NCBI GenBank assembly: GCA_016124955.1
Contig: WGMR01000007.1
Coordinates: forward strand, 154,103 to 218,102
From: Alphaproteobacteria bacterium
Lineage (GTDB): Bacteria; Pseudomonadota; Alphaproteobacteria; UBA9219; RFNS01
Reading direction: 5' to 3'
Length of the DNA: 64,000 nucleotides
Below are positions 47,417 through 57,896 of the stretch, in pieces; the first letter of the stretch is position 1; each line of letters opens with the position of its first letter. Below the pieces are notes generated by a model. It had not been told where the DNA came from, did not search any database, and saw only the letters and a program-made list of their open reading frames with translations. A program made the translations under genes and the position numbers.

Positions 47417-48145
47417 ATGCTCGAAGCGCGTAATATCAGCAAGGCCTTTGGCGAGCGAGCCATCCTGGATGACGTATCGCTCAAGATCGCGCCGGGCACC
47501 ATCACCGCCGTGATCGGGTCCAGCGGCACCGGCAAAACCACGTTCTTGCGTTCGCTTGCGCTGATCGACCCGCCTGACAAGGGCATGATTGCGGTGGACG
47601 GCAAGCAATATGTTTTCCCGTGGACGACCGATCAGCCGCTCACGCCGCCATATCCGGATCTGACCGTGGTTTTCCAGCAATTGTTCCTGTGGCCGCATCT
47701 GACGATACGGCAAAACATTATGCTGGCGACCGAAAACCGCAAGGGCATCGATGCCGCCCGCGACCTTGCGGAGCTGAACGAGCTTTTGGGTATGGAAGCG
47801 TTCCTTGACCGCTACCCGAATGAAGTTTCGATCGGCCAGCGGCAGCGGGCGGCGCTGGCGCGTGCCGTGATCTTGCGCCCCAAATACATGATGTGCGACG
47901 AGATCACTTCGGCGCTCGATATTGAACAGGTGGGCGTGATCCTCGGGCATCTCGCGAAACTGAAGGAACGCGGCATCGGCATGATGCTGATTACGCACCA
48001 GATCAACTTTGCCCGGCGCAGCGCCGATAACATCGTGTTCATCGATGCCGGAAAAATCGTGGCGCAGGGCGGGCCCGAGATTATTGACAATCCGCCGCAT
48101 CCGCGGCTCGCGCAGTTTCTCAGTGCGGCGGAGCTGGCGCGCTAG
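47417..48145 (+). CDS. Polar amino-acid ABC transporter ATP-binding protein
   Basis: Walker A GSSGTGKT, VFQQ..LWPH, VSIGQRQR, CDEITSALD, ITH. Confidence 0.88.
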   Translation: MLEARNISKAFGERAILDDVSLKIAPGTITAVIGSSGTGKTTFLRSLALIDPPDKGMIAVDGKQYVFPWTTDQPLTPPYPDLTVVFQQLFLWPHLTIRQNIMLATENRKGIDAARDLAELNELLGMEAFLDRYPNEVSIGQRQRAALARAVILRPKYMMCDEITSALDIEQVGVILGHLAKLKERGIGMMLITHQINFARRSADNIVFIDAGKIVAQGGPEIIDNPPHPRLAQFLSAAELAR

Positions 48146-49154
48146 CATTCGGCTTGGGCGGTGCCGGCTTGCCGCGTGTGGCATGGCGCAACATCTTGCC
48201 CGGCATCCAGCTAAAGGCCTGCATCAGTTCCAGCGCCCCGGCTGTGCGCGCGGCCTGGATTTCCTTGCGTTTCCCGAGCATCGGTTTGATTCCGCGCACC
48301 GCGTCGCGCAGAGCGCGCAGTACGGCCCCGCCATTGCCGCCCAGCACATGACGCAGCGCAAGGGTGGCGATGGCGAGTATGTGGAACGGCAGCAGCAGCG
48401 CGAACAGCGGTTGCGGCATGTTCTTCACGAATATCCAAACCAGATTGCGCAGCCCGTGATAGACCGCAAAATCGCTTTTCTTGCTATTGTCGCCGCTTGA
48501 TGCGCCGCCGACATGCGCCACGGCGGCGTGCGCGAGCTGGATGCAGTATTGACCGCGCAAACGCATGCGGAAACCAAGGTCGCCATCCTCGCCATAACAA
48601 AAATAATCCTCGTCGAAACCGCCAAGCGCGCGGAACATATCGAGCCGGTAAAAAGCCGCGCCGCCGCAGGGAGAGAATACTTCGGCATCTTCAAGGTTTT
48701 CCGGTATCGGAAAGCCGTGCCCGGTGCGCCACGCAAGACCGAAGGCGTGATAGGCATCGCCCAGCCCGTCGCCGATATCGGGGCGGGCTGCGTCGCGCTG
48801 CAGCGAACCGAACATCGCGCAATGCGGATATTTTTTCAAAGCGTGCGTGAAGTGTTCGAGCCAGTGCGCGCCCGCAAAGGCATCCGGGTTTAGGGTCGCA
48901 AGCCAGCGCACGCCATCACCCGTGCCCTTGGCCGCAAGGTTGTTGGCGGCCGCGAAGCCGATATTCTTGCCCGGCCTGATTACGCGTACCGGCACGCTGA
49001 GCCGCGACGCGAGTTCATCGACACGCGTGGTCAGGCCGTTTTCGACGATCACCACTTCGAAATCGCGGAAGGTCTGTTTTTCGAGGCTGTCGATGCACCG
49101 CTCAAGCGTGGGGTCGCTGCGGTAGGTTACAATCGCGACACAGATAAGGGGCAT
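48120..49154 (-). CDS. GT2 glycosyltransferase (WbbL/rhamnosyltransferase-like)
   Basis: AIVTY, NIGFAAANN, LNPDA, GGFDEDYFCYGEDGDLGFR. Confidence 0.88.
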   Translation of the reverse strand: MPLICVAIVTYRSDPTLERCIDSLEKQTFRDFEVVIVENGLTTRVDELASRLSVPVRVIRPGKNIGFAAANNLAAKGTGDGVRWLATLNPDAFAGAHWLEHFTHALKKYPHCAMFGSLQRDAARPDIGDGLGDAYHAFGLAWRTGHGFPIPENLEDAEVFSPCGGAAFYRLDMFRALGGFDEDYFCYGEDGDLGFRMRLRGQYCIQLAHAAVAHVGGASSGDNSKKSDFAVYHGLRNLVWIFVKNMPQPLFALLLPFHILAIATLALRHVLGGNGGAVLRALRDAVRGIKPMLGKRKEIQAARTAGALELMQAFSWMPGKMLRHATRGKPAPPKPNASAPAPPH

Positions 49155-49262
49155 GAAAGGAACGCGTTTACGGAAAACCGGTGAACTGCTGCCAAAATTA
49201 TAGCTTCATGGCGCATGGGCTGTCACGCAATGTTTGCGGCGCCCGCCGGCAAATCGTGATTT

Positions 49263-50414
49263 CTAGGAGGCGTGCAGCAATTCGCGGTAAATGGCGGCTA
49301 CATGGTCCCAATGCCACATATTGGCGGCGAAGGACGCCAGCTCGGCGCGCCTTTGCGCCGTGGCCGGACCGCCGGAAAGATTGCCGGTGATGGCGGTTTC
49401 CCATAATTTTGCCGTTGCCGCCACATGGCTGATATCGACCGGCAGGGTTGTAAAATACCCCCGCGCGGCATAGCTGCCGCTGGCCGCATCTTCGCTGCAC
49501 ACCACGGGCAAGCCGCAAGCCATCGCTTCCTGCACCACCAGCGGAAAACCTTCGCCCACACTGGGGAGCACGAGAAAATCGGCCAGCTGATAAAGCCTTG
49601 CAAGCGCGCCCTGGCCGATATTATGCCAGGTAAGCACGTTGCGGTGTTGCCATCGCGCCGGATCGAGCGTGCTGCCACGTCCGGCGCCCGCGCCCGCGAA
49701 CACCCAATTGATATGCGTCATCTTGCGCGCAAGTTCGTGCAACACCGGCAAACCTTTGCGCGCGACGAAGCGCCCGACATAAAGCGCCACCGGCTGATCG
49801 GGGTCGAGGTTGTGCGCGATGCGCAGCCGTTCCCGTTCGGCATCGTCCACGGGGCGGAAGATCGTGCTATCGACCCCGTTCGGCACCATGCGGGCATGCG
49901 GCAGCGATGCACGGGCGCGGAAAAACTCGGCCACAAAATCGCTGATGAACACGACGTGGTCTGCAAAGCGCAGCATAGGCGTGCTGACAAGGTAAAGCAG
50001 CATAGGCAGCAATGCGCGCAGCGTGACGCTGCGGAAGGGGCAAGGCCCGGTATGCTGCGTGATCAGGATCGGCTTTTTGAAATGCCGTGCGGCGAAATAA
50101 GCGACGATATTGCCGATATACAGCGTATCGTGCAGCCACACGGCATCGTGCACTTCGACCGCACGCCACAGTTCTTTCAGCGAATCCAGCGACCAAAGCG
50201 GCACCGGTAACCCGCTCGTGCGTTCGATAAAATTGTTGGTGCGCATCGGCATCGGTTTTACGCCGGGGATCGCGGGCGGCGCATCGCAATCGCTCGCGGC
50301 CCACGTGAAATGCGTATCGGGCGCGGCCAGCATTTCCTGCAGCTTCGCCGCCACACGCTCGATCCCGCCGCCGTGGCCGGGGTAATAGTGGGTGACGGTG
50401 AGGATGTTTTTCAC
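49263..50414 (-). CDS. GT4 glycosyltransferase
   Basis: YYP..GGIE, NGVD, YVGRFVARKG, LPSVGEGFPLVVQEAMACG; GTGA overlap with upstream gene. Confidence 0.9.
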   Translation of the reverse strand: MKNILTVTHYYPGHGGGIERVAAKLQEMLAAPDTHFTWAASDCDAPPAIPGVKPMPMRTNNFIERTSGLPVPLWSLDSLKELWRAVEVHDAVWLHDTLYIGNIVAYFAARHFKKPILITQHTGPCPFRSVTLRALLPMLLYLVSTPMLRFADHVVFISDFVAEFFRARASLPHARMVPNGVDSTIFRPVDDAERERLRIAHNLDPDQPVALYVGRFVARKGLPVLHELARKMTHINWVFAGAGAGRGSTLDPARWQHRNVLTWHNIGQGALARLYQLADFLVLPSVGEGFPLVVQEAMACGLPVVCSEDAASGSYAARGYFTTLPVDISHVAATAKLWETAITGNLSGGPATAQRRAELASFAANMWHWDHVAAIYRELLHAS

Positions 50415-51469
50415 AGACAGCATTTTTGCATCGCTTCAATCGCTTCGTGCTGCATGCGCAACACCTCGAACCCGTCGGCGGCGGCAATGCCCGCGGGTTC
50501 CGCGCCGTCATGGATCGCATCACCGAAACGGGCGAATACTTCGTTATTTCCGTAATCGAGCCGCCATGTGAGATAGGCGAGCCCGTTCGGGATATGCTGC
50601 AGCCAGTGTTGCAGCCCCACGGCCATGCTGGTGCGCAGGATGTTGCTTGCGGCATGGGTATTGTCGTTGGGCAGACGGATGTAGATATCGCGGAAGATAT
50701 CGATCAAGGCCAGCGCATTTTCGCCGTACACGCCAATAAACCATTCGCTGACCGGGCTTTCAAAATTGCAGGAAACCGTGACCGGCACGCCCGCGTGGTT
50801 GCGGTAAACCAGTTCGGCCGCGGCGGGGGTTGCGCCGCCGCGCGAAGCTTCAAGGCAATGCGCATGCAAAAGCAGCAAGGGCCCGCCCGCCAGTTTGCGC
50901 AGCAGGTAAAAGAAATGCGGGCTTTCATCATAGAACAGGCCGAAGGGCAGGTCCTGGTACCAGGAAGGCAGGCGCCGCCGCGGGTTACCGAGCTGGGTTG
51001 CGGCGATGCGCCGGACCGTGCCGATGCGCCCGCGCGCCACATCGCGCGCATAGGCGCGCATAGCCTTGCTGAACTGGAAATTATGCATGACCGCGAGCGT
51101 CTTGCCCGCCGCGCGCGCGGTTTCCTGCATGCGTTCGCCTTCGGCGATATTCATGGCGAAGGGCTTCTCGGTTAAAACATGCTTGCCGCGCGCGAGCGCG
51201 GCGCAGGCCATTTCGGCATGGGCGAAAGGCGCGGTGCCGATGGTGACGGCATCGATATCGTCCAGCCACGGCACGAGCCCGAGATCGTGCGTGATGGCGA
51301 CGCGGTGCAGGTTATAGCGCGCCGCCACTTCCTGCGCCGCCTTGCCGTTGCGGTCGATTACGCCCATCAGCCGGAAAGAAGGATTGCGGAGCAGCGCAGG
51401 TATGTGGCGGTGCCGGGTGACCCAGCCGAGGCCTATGGCAGCGACGCGGATGGGCCGGTCGGCGCCCAC
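50411..51469 (-). CDS. Gfo/Idh/MocA family NAD(P) oxidoreductase
   Basis: IRVAAIGLG..., DAVTIGTAPFAH, GKHVLTEKP. Confidence 0.9.
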   Translation of the reverse strand: MGADRPIRVAAIGLGWVTRHRHIPALLRNPSFRLMGVIDRNGKAAQEVAARYNLHRVAITHDLGLVPWLDDIDAVTIGTAPFAHAEMACAALARGKHVLTEKPFAMNIAEGERMQETARAAGKTLAVMHNFQFSKAMRAYARDVARGRIGTVRRIAATQLGNPRRRLPSWYQDLPFGLFYDESPHFFYLLRKLAGGPLLLLHAHCLEASRGGATPAAAELVYRNHAGVPVTVSCNFESPVSEWFIGVYGENALALIDIFRDIYIRLPNDNTHAASNILRTSMAVGLQHWLQHIPNGLAYLTWRLDYGNNEVFARFGDAIHDGAEPAGIAAADGFEVLRMQHEAIEAMQKCCL

Positions 51470-51472
51470 GGG

Positions 51473-52357
51473 CTATTGCTCCAGCGCGATCGGGTCGATA
51501 CCCGCGTCGGCTGCGATGGCGGCGTTGACGGAAGCGCCATCGAGCTTCTTGCCGTCGCCGTCCTTGATGGCGCGGGCACAGGCCTGATCGAGCGCGAGGA
51601 TGGATTTATCGGGGTTGTTGCGGTTGCGGATGAAGCGGTCGGTCAACTTGGCGATGCGTTCGCAATCCTTGTCGGCGATCGTGATGTTGTAATATTTTTC
51701 GAAATTGCGCTTCATGTTGATCAGGATGCTGACGGTTTGTTTCACGTCCGGCTGCTCCAGAACAATCTTCTGGAAACGGCGATCGACGGCGGGATCGAGC
51801 TTCACATAATCTTCGTATTCTTCCCGCGTGGTGGCGCCCACCACATAGATATCGCCGGTGGTCAGATAGGGTTTCATCAAATCGGCGACGCCGGCGGCGG
51901 ACGAGCTTTTGAAAGCGACCGTGAGCTGGTGGAATTCGTCGATACAGAAAATAATCGGCGGCAATTCGCGGGTTGCGTTGCGTTCGGCCACGCCCTTGAC
52001 GATCGGCATCAGCCTTCCTTCAAGATCGGCGCGCGACGTGGACCCGGCGCCGACCATCGACATTTCAAGTTCAATGATGCGCGCGCCCTTGAGCGGCCCC
52101 GGCACCTTGTTGTTATTGATAAGCTGCGCGAGGCCGATGAACAAAGCGGTTTTGCCCACCCCCGCGCCGCCGAGCAACAGGACGTTTTTGCGCAGACGTT
52201 GCAGCAGGATAAGAACCATTTTATCGATTTCCTCATCCCGGTTCGAGATGGGATCGAACTTGCCCGCCTTGTCGGCCGCGGTAATATCGCGCGTGTAGCG
52301 GTGGATCAGATCGTCAAGCTCCTGATCGCCGATGGAAAAGCGTTTCTTTGCGGTCAT
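51473..52357 (-). CDS. Stand-alone ClpA/ClpB D1-type AAA+ ATPase (single NBD)
   Basis: GKFDPI.NRDEEI, GGAGVGKT, CIDEFH, GATT.EEY, DPAVDRRFQ, PDKSI..LD; lacks N-domain, M-domain and D2. Confidence 0.88.
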   Translation of the reverse strand: MTAKKRFSIGDQELDDLIHRYTRDITAADKAGKFDPISNRDEEIDKMVLILLQRLRKNVLLLGGAGVGKTALFIGLAQLINNNKVPGPLKGARIIELEMSMVGAGSTSRADLEGRLMPIVKGVAERNATRELPPIIFCIDEFHQLTVAFKSSSAAGVADLMKPYLTTGDIYVVGATTREEYEDYVKLDPAVDRRFQKIVLEQPDVKQTVSILINMKRNFEKYYNITIADKDCERIAKLTDRFIRNRNNPDKSILALDQACARAIKDGDGKKLDGASVNAAIAADAGIDPIALEQ

Positions 52358-53901
52358 GCCCGGTTTCCTTCCCTTCGCATCATAAGCCCGATTCCCAGTA
52401 ATGCCAAAAACATCGCGGCCACGGTGGCTATGCCGTGGCGGGAAAACCATGTCGGTGCAATCGGGGCGGGCAGGGCGCTATCGATCACCCCGGCCGTATT
52501 CAGCGGCAGGCTGCCGACAATATTGCCATAAGCGTCCACCACCGCCGAAATGCCGGTATTGGCGGCGCGGATCAGCGGCAGGCCTTCTTCCACTGCGCGC
52601 ACGCGGGCGATGGCAAGATGCTGGCGCGGGCCCGATGTATCGCCGTACCAGGCATCGTTCGTGACATTAAGCAGGAAGGCGGGCCGCCCGCCCGCCCCCG
52701 TCACGGCGCCCGGGAATATCACTTCGTAGCAAATGAGCGGGCTGAAAGGCGGCAAACCGGCCACGCGCATGGTCCGGCGGCCCGGCCCGGCGGCAAAATC
52801 GCCAATCCCGCCCGCGGCGGCAGCGATGGCCGGAATGGCACGCAGCGGCACATATTCCCCGAACGGCACAAGGTGGCTTTTATCGTAGGTGGCCATCGTA
52901 TCGCCATCCGGGCCGATGGCGGCGAGGGAGTTAAAATAATCCGCCTGCCCGCCATTTTGCTGCAACCGTACGGTGCCGGTCAGCAGCACCGCGCCCGGGG
53001 GCAAGGCCTGGGCGATCTGGCTTTGCCGGGTGCGGTCCTGCGCCAGCATGTATTGCGTTGCGGTTTCCGGCCATATGATATGCGTGGGCGCGAATAAATC
53101 GTTTTTTTGCGCCGAGAGCTGCAGCAATTCGCCGAAATTTTGTTCGCGCCGCGCGGCATCGAGCCGCAGAACCTGCCCCTGGTTCGGTTGCACGATGCGC
53201 AGCCGCACATCGAGCACGGTATCGTTCGGCACATCAAGCAGCCGCCAGCTGCCCCAGCAACCGAATATGATCAACGGCAACGCGATGGTCGCCGCCAGCG
53301 TAAAATGAAGAACGTTCTTTTGCGCAAGCAAGGCGGGCAAGGCGCATAGCAGCAAGGTAATGAGCGTCAGGCCGTAAATACCGGTCACGGACGCAAGCTG
53401 CATCACCGGCCACAACCCGCTCCAGCCATAACCGAACAGGTTCCACGGGAAGCCGCTGAAAGACGTGCCGCGCGCCAGCTCGGCCAGAAAGAACAGCAGC
53501 GCGAACAGAATAACGCCGGCCGGGCCGCGCCACGCCGCCGCCCGCCACGCCGCGGCGGCGATACCGTAAAACAGCGCGAGCACCGCGGGCAGCACCAGCG
53601 CCGCAAACGGCACCAGCCAGCCGAATTTCTCGGCGTCCGTCAGCAGCGCGAAGCTGATCCAATAAAGGCCGCAAGTGAAATAGGCGAACATGAAAAGCCA
53701 GCCGACGAAGAACGCCCCGCGCAAACGCCGCGTGCCGCTGAGCATCCAGACGAGGCAGGGGAAGGTGACAAACAGAATGGGAATGAAATTGACCGGCGGC
53801 ATCGCCAGCGCCGAAAGCGCGCCCGCCGAAAGCGCGAGCAAAATGCGGCGCCAGCCGCGCGCAAGGCTGATGGATTGAGCGGTAGCGGTGAGAGAGGACA
53901 T
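52354..53901 (-). CDS. lnt: Apolipoprotein N-acyltransferase
   Basis: GFPW, VQPN, WPET, YDKSHLVPFGEY, ICYE, TNDAWYG, RAANTGISA. Confidence 0.95.
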   Translation of the reverse strand: MSSLTATAQSISLARGWRRILLALSAGALSALAMPPVNFIPILFVTFPCLVWMLSGTRRLRGAFFVGWLFMFAYFTCGLYWISFALLTDAEKFGWLVPFAALVLPAVLALFYGIAAAAWRAAAWRGPAGVILFALLFFLAELARGTSFSGFPWNLFGYGWSGLWPVMQLASVTGIYGLTLITLLLCALPALLAQKNVLHFTLAATIALPLIIFGCWGSWRLLDVPNDTVLDVRLRIVQPNQGQVLRLDAARREQNFGELLQLSAQKNDLFAPTHIIWPETATQYMLAQDRTRQSQIAQALPPGAVLLTGTVRLQQNGGQADYFNSLAAIGPDGDTMATYDKSHLVPFGEYVPLRAIPAIAAAAGGIGDFAAGPGRRTMRVAGLPPFSPLICYEVIFPGAVTGAGGRPAFLLNVTNDAWYGDTSGPRQHLAIARVRAVEEGLPLIRAANTGISAVVDAYGNIVGSLPLNTAGVIDSALPAPIAPTWFSRHGIATVAAMFLALLGIGLMMRREGNRA

Positions 53902-53985
53902 GGGCTTCTGTCTGGCGGGTTGGTGCCCGCCCAGTTTAGCCATTCCGTGCGGCCCGCGCCAGCTTTCGCTGGCAACGCAAAACCG

Positions 53986-56715
53986 TCAGGCTGCCTTCGC
54001 CGCAAGGCCGCGCAGCACATAGTGCAAAATGCCGCCATGTTTGAAGTAATCGACCTCGTCGAGCGTATCGATACGGCTGCGCAACTTCACCTCGTCCGTT
54101 GTGCCATCGGCGCGGCGGACGACAAGCGTGATTTCCATGCGCGGCTTGATCGCGCCGGCAAAGCCGCCGAGATCGAAGGTTTCGCCGCCCGTGAGCTTGA
54201 GGTTGGCCCGCGTCATGCCGCCCGTAAATTCGAGCGGCAGCACGCCCATGCCGACAAGGTTGGAACGGTGGATACGCTCGAAGCTTTCGGCAACGACCGC
54301 CCGCACGCCCAGAAGGCGCGTGCCCTTGGCGGCCCAGTCGCGGCTCGAGCCCGTGCCGTATTCCTTGCCCGCCACCACAATCAGCGGCACGCCGTCTTTC
54401 ATGTAACGCATGGCGACGTCATAGATCGTCATCGCTTCGCCGGACGGGAAATGCTTGGTGTTGCCGCCTTCGGGCACAACCATGTTGCCGTCGGAGGCGT
54501 TTTCGGCCATCAGCTCGTTTTTGATGCGGATGTTGGCGAAAGTGCCGCGCATCATCACTTCATGGTTGCCGCGCCGCGCGCCGTAGGAATTAAAATCGGC
54601 GGCCTGCACGCCATGATCCGTAAGGTAGCTGCCCGCGGGGCTGGTTTTCTTGATGTTACCGGCGGGGGATATGTGGTCGGTCGTGATGCTGTCGCCGAAC
54701 AGCGCGAGCAGCCGCGCGCCCTTGATATCGTTCAGCGGCGCGGGTGCCACGCCCATGCCGTCGAAGATGGGCGGCAGGCGCACATAGGTGGAAGCATCTT
54801 CCCACGCATAGACCTTGCCGGTGGCGGTGGCGATGCTGCTCCATTCCTTCGGGCCCTTGAATACATTGGCGTAGCGCGAACGGAACATTTCCTGCGTCAA
54901 CGCCTGTTTGACCGCGGCGTTGATGTCCGCGAGGCTGGGCCAGATATCCTTCAGGTAAACCGGGTTGCCGTCCTTGCCGGTGCCGAGCGGATCCTTGGTG
55001 ATATCGATCGCCATGTTGCCCGCAAGCGCGTAGGCGACAACAAGCGGCGGCGAAGCAAGATAGTTGGCCTTGGTTTGCGGGTTGACGCGGCCTTCGAAAT
55101 TGCGGTTGCCGGAAAGCACGGCGCAGGCGGTCAGATCGCCTTCCGTGATCGCCTTGCTGATGTTTTCGGGAAGGGGCCCCGAATTGCCGATGCAGGTCGT
55201 GCAGCCATAGCCGACAAGGTTGAAGCCGATGGCATCGAGATCGCCTTGCAGGTTTGCCTTTTCAAGGTAATCGGTCACCACCTGGCTGCCGGGCGCGAGC
55301 GAGGTTTTCACCCACGGCTTGACGGTAAGGCCGCGCGCCCGCGCGTTGCGCGCGACAAGGCCGGCGGCGACCATCACGCTCGGGTTCGATGTGTTGGTGC
55401 ATGATGTAATGGCGGCGATCACGACATCGCCATGCTTCAGGTCGAAGTTCGTGCCTTCGACCGCGATTTTCTTGCCGCGCAGCTCGGGCGTGACCTTGAA
55501 GCTCGGCAGTTCCTTTTCAAATTCCGTCGCGGCGGTGGAAAGGGTTACGCGGTCTTGCGGGCGGCGCGGCCCGGCGATCGAGGCTTGCACCGTCGAAAGA
55601 TCGAGCGAGAGCGTGTCGGTGAAGACGGGATCTGGCGTGCTCGCATCGCGCCACATGCCTTGCGCCTTGGCATAGGCTTCAACAAGCGCGCAGCGGTCAG
55701 CCTCGCGGCCGGTGAATTTAAGGTAGTTGATGGTTTCGGCATCGACCGGGAAAATGCCGCAGGTGGCGCCGTATTCGGGCGCCATATTGGCGATGGTCGC
55801 GCGGTCGGCCAGCGTCATGCCGTCAAGGCCCGGGCCGTAGAATTCCACAAATTTTCCAACCACGCTTTTTTTGCGCAGCATTTGCGTGACCGTGAGCACA
55901 AGGTCGGTCGCGGTCGTGCCTTCGGGCAGGCGGCCGGAAAGCTTGAAGCCGACCACTTCGGGGATCAGCATCGAAACCGGCTGGCCCAGCATGGCCGCTT
56001 CGGCTTCGATCCCGCCCACGCCCCATCCGAGCACGGCGAGGCCGTTGATCATGGTTGTGTGGCTATCGGTGCCGACAAGCGTATCGGGGTAGGCGACCGT
56101 TTTGCCGTTTTCGGCATCGGTATCGGCCCAGACCACCTGTGCGAGATATTCGAGATTGACCTGGTGGCAGATGCCGGTGCCCGGCGGCACGACACGGAAA
56201 TTATCGAACGCGTTCTGGCCCCAGCGCAGAAACTTGTAGCGCTCGCCGTTGCGTTCGAATTCGCGCTGCACGTTGACGCCGAACGCCTTGGTGCTGCCGA
56301 ATTCATCGACCATCACGGAATGGTCGATCACGAGATCGACCGGGCAAAGCGGGTTCACGCGCTGCGGATCGCCGCCCATCTTGATCGCGACTTCGCGCAT
56401 GGTCGCGAGATCGACCACGGCGGGAACGCCGGTGAAATCCTGCATCAGCACGCGCGCGGGACGGTAGGCGACCTCGGTGTCGCTTTTTTTATCCTTGAGC
56501 CAGCCGGCAAGCGCCCTGACATCGTCCACGGTGACCGAACGCCCGTCTTCATAACGCAGCAGGTTTTCAAGCAAAACCTTCAGGCAGAAGGGAAGGCGGC
56601 TGATGTCCCCGAGATGCTTTTCCGCCAGCTTGAGGCTGAAATAATCATATGCCTTGCCGGCCGCTTCCAGTGTGGCGCGGGTTTTCAGCGTATCGTGGCC
56701 GGTGTGGGTGGGCAT
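53986..56715 (-). CDS. acnA: Aconitate hydratase A
   Basis: [72 protein letters not shown]. Confidence 0.99.
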   Translation of the reverse strand: MPTHTGHDTLKTRATLEAAGKAYDYFSLKLAEKHLGDISRLPFCLKVLLENLLRYEDGRSVTVDDVRALAGWLKDKKSDTEVAYRPARVLMQDFTGVPAVVDLATMREVAIKMGGDPQRVNPLCPVDLVIDHSVMVDEFGSTKAFGVNVQREFERNGERYKFLRWGQNAFDNFRVVPPGTGICHQVNLEYLAQVVWADTDAENGKTVAYPDTLVGTDSHTTMINGLAVLGWGVGGIEAEAAMLGQPVSMLIPEVVGFKLSGRLPEGTTATDLVLTVTQMLRKKSVVGKFVEFYGPGLDGMTLADRATIANMAPEYGATCGIFPVDAETINYLKFTGREADRCALVEAYAKAQGMWRDASTPDPVFTDTLSLDLSTVQASIAGPRRPQDRVTLSTAATEFEKELPSFKVTPELRGKKIAVEGTNFDLKHGDVVIAAITSCTNTSNPSVMVAAGLVARNARARGLTVKPWVKTSLAPGSQVVTDYLEKANLQGDLDAIGFNLVGYGCTTCIGNSGPLPENISKAITEGDLTACAVLSGNRNFEGRVNPQTKANYLASPPLVVAYALAGNMAIDITKDPLGTGKDGNPVYLKDIWPSLADINAAVKQALTQEMFRSRYANVFKGPKEWSSIATATGKVYAWEDASTYVRLPPIFDGMGVAPAPLNDIKGARLLALFGDSITTDHISPAGNIKKTSPAGSYLTDHGVQAADFNSYGARRGNHEVMMRGTFANIRIKNELMAENASDGNMVVPEGGNTKHFPSGEAMTIYDVAMRYMKDGVPLIVVAGKEYGTGSSRDWAAKGTRLLGVRAVVAESFERIHRSNLVGMGVLPLEFTGGMTRANLKLTGGETFDLGGFAGAIKPRMEITLVVRRADGTTDEVKLRSRIDTLDEVDYFKHGGILHYVLRGLAAKAA

Positions 56716-56841
56716 GCGGAGCTCCCTTGGCGGTGGCTATAGGCGGCGGGTGGAATAATCCACTATGTTTGATAAGGTAGTTTCCTTGCCAACAGGTTAA
56801 CGATACCACTATAGATACCGGCAGGGAAATTCGGGGATGCC

Positions 56842-57243
56842 ATGAAACGGTTCTGGCTGCTTGTGCCGCTTGTCGCATGCCTTTACGTGCCGGGCGTAGC
56901 GCACGCCGCTTTCATCTATTGCAACCGTTATGCGGAACCGATCGAAGCGGCGCTTGGCTACCGCGAAGGCGGGCAATGGGTTTCCGAAGGCTGGTGGCGG
57001 ATCGAGCCCGACAAATGCCTGCGGGTTTACGGCCCCGCGCTGTCCGCCCGCTTCTATTTCTATTTCGCCCGCTCGCTCGGCCCCGCGCATCAGGAATGGG
57101 GCGGCAAATACCGTTTCTGCACTGACGACAAGCCCTTCCGCATCGAAGGCGATATGGACTGCAATCCTCGCGGCTATCTCGATGCCGGCTTTGCGCAAGC
57201 CGATGTAGGCCAGGAAAAGGCCTTTACGCTGGATTTCAACTAA
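56842..57243 (+). CDS. DUF1036 family exported protein
   Basis: Signal peptide; CN...A.GY..WVSEGWW.I.P..C, RFYFYFA, WGG...FC, C..RGY...GF. Confidence 0.85.
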   Translation: MKRFWLLVPLVACLYVPGVAHAAFIYCNRYAEPIEAALGYREGGQWVSEGWWRIEPDKCLRVYGPALSARFYFYFARSLGPAHQEWGGKYRFCTDDKPFRIEGDMDCNPRGYLDAGFAQADVGQEKAFTLDFN

Positions 57244-57491
57244 GTATTTGTTATATAATAATATTTTTAAATTTCTCGGATCTGCCTGCGCAGCATTTAC
57301 GGAAATTTGACCCGTGCTATGGCTGATTCAAATGCAACTATTCCACGGAAATCGTTCGTAATACTTGCAAGAGTCGCTTGCAAGTATTACGGGGACGTAT
57401 AAGTATTAGTTGCACGCCTTCTATTCCTGCTTTGCATGGGTTTTTTCCGGTGAACACTGACAACCCTGTCCGCGCTACGCCGCCCCAGAAA

Positions 57492-57890
57492 ATGCCCGCC
57501 GTTCCGAGCTGGGCCGATCAGGACGAAATGCTTCGTTCGCTCTGGCAGGAAGGCAAACAGCCGGAAGAAATTGCTGAAAAACTGGGCCGTTCGGTAGCGG
57601 CTGTGATGACGCGCGCCGCGCGCCTTGGGTTGCCGCGCCGCTTCGCGCCGGGGCGCAAACCAAGCCAGAAGCGGGCTGAAGGGGAAGTAACCCAACCCGG
57701 CATGGCCCGCCGTTACACAACCCCCGCTGCAGAAGCCAAGCCGGCTGAACCGATGGTTGAGCGCGTATGCCTGATGTGTTTAACCAAATTTCCATCCGCA
57801 GGGCGGCATAACCGTATTTGCAACAGCTGCAAGGATTCGAACGATTACGCAGCCGGCAACCGGCTGCCCGACCTCGACTTTCCGGAGTAA
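57492..57890 (+). CDS. GcrA-like N-terminal HTH protein with C-terminal C4 zinc finger
   Basis: SW..DEMLRSLWQEG....IAEKLGRS..AV..RA.RLGL; RVCLMC..FPS.G..NRICNSCK; start may be GTG 57450. Confidence 0.75.
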   Translation: MPAVPSWADQDEMLRSLWQEGKQPEEIAEKLGRSVAAVMTRAARLGLPRRFAPGRKPSQKRAEGEVTQPGMARRYTTPAAEAKPAEPMVERVCLMCLTKFPSAGRHNRICNSCKDSNDYAAGNRLPDLDFPE

Positions 57891-57896
57891 ACCGCC

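Noticed and set aside
51473-52357. T6SS ClpV or a clpB pseudogene
   Set aside because: No T6SS genes, no N-domain or D2 remnants in flanking DNA, and the gene is cleanly coupled to its neighbours
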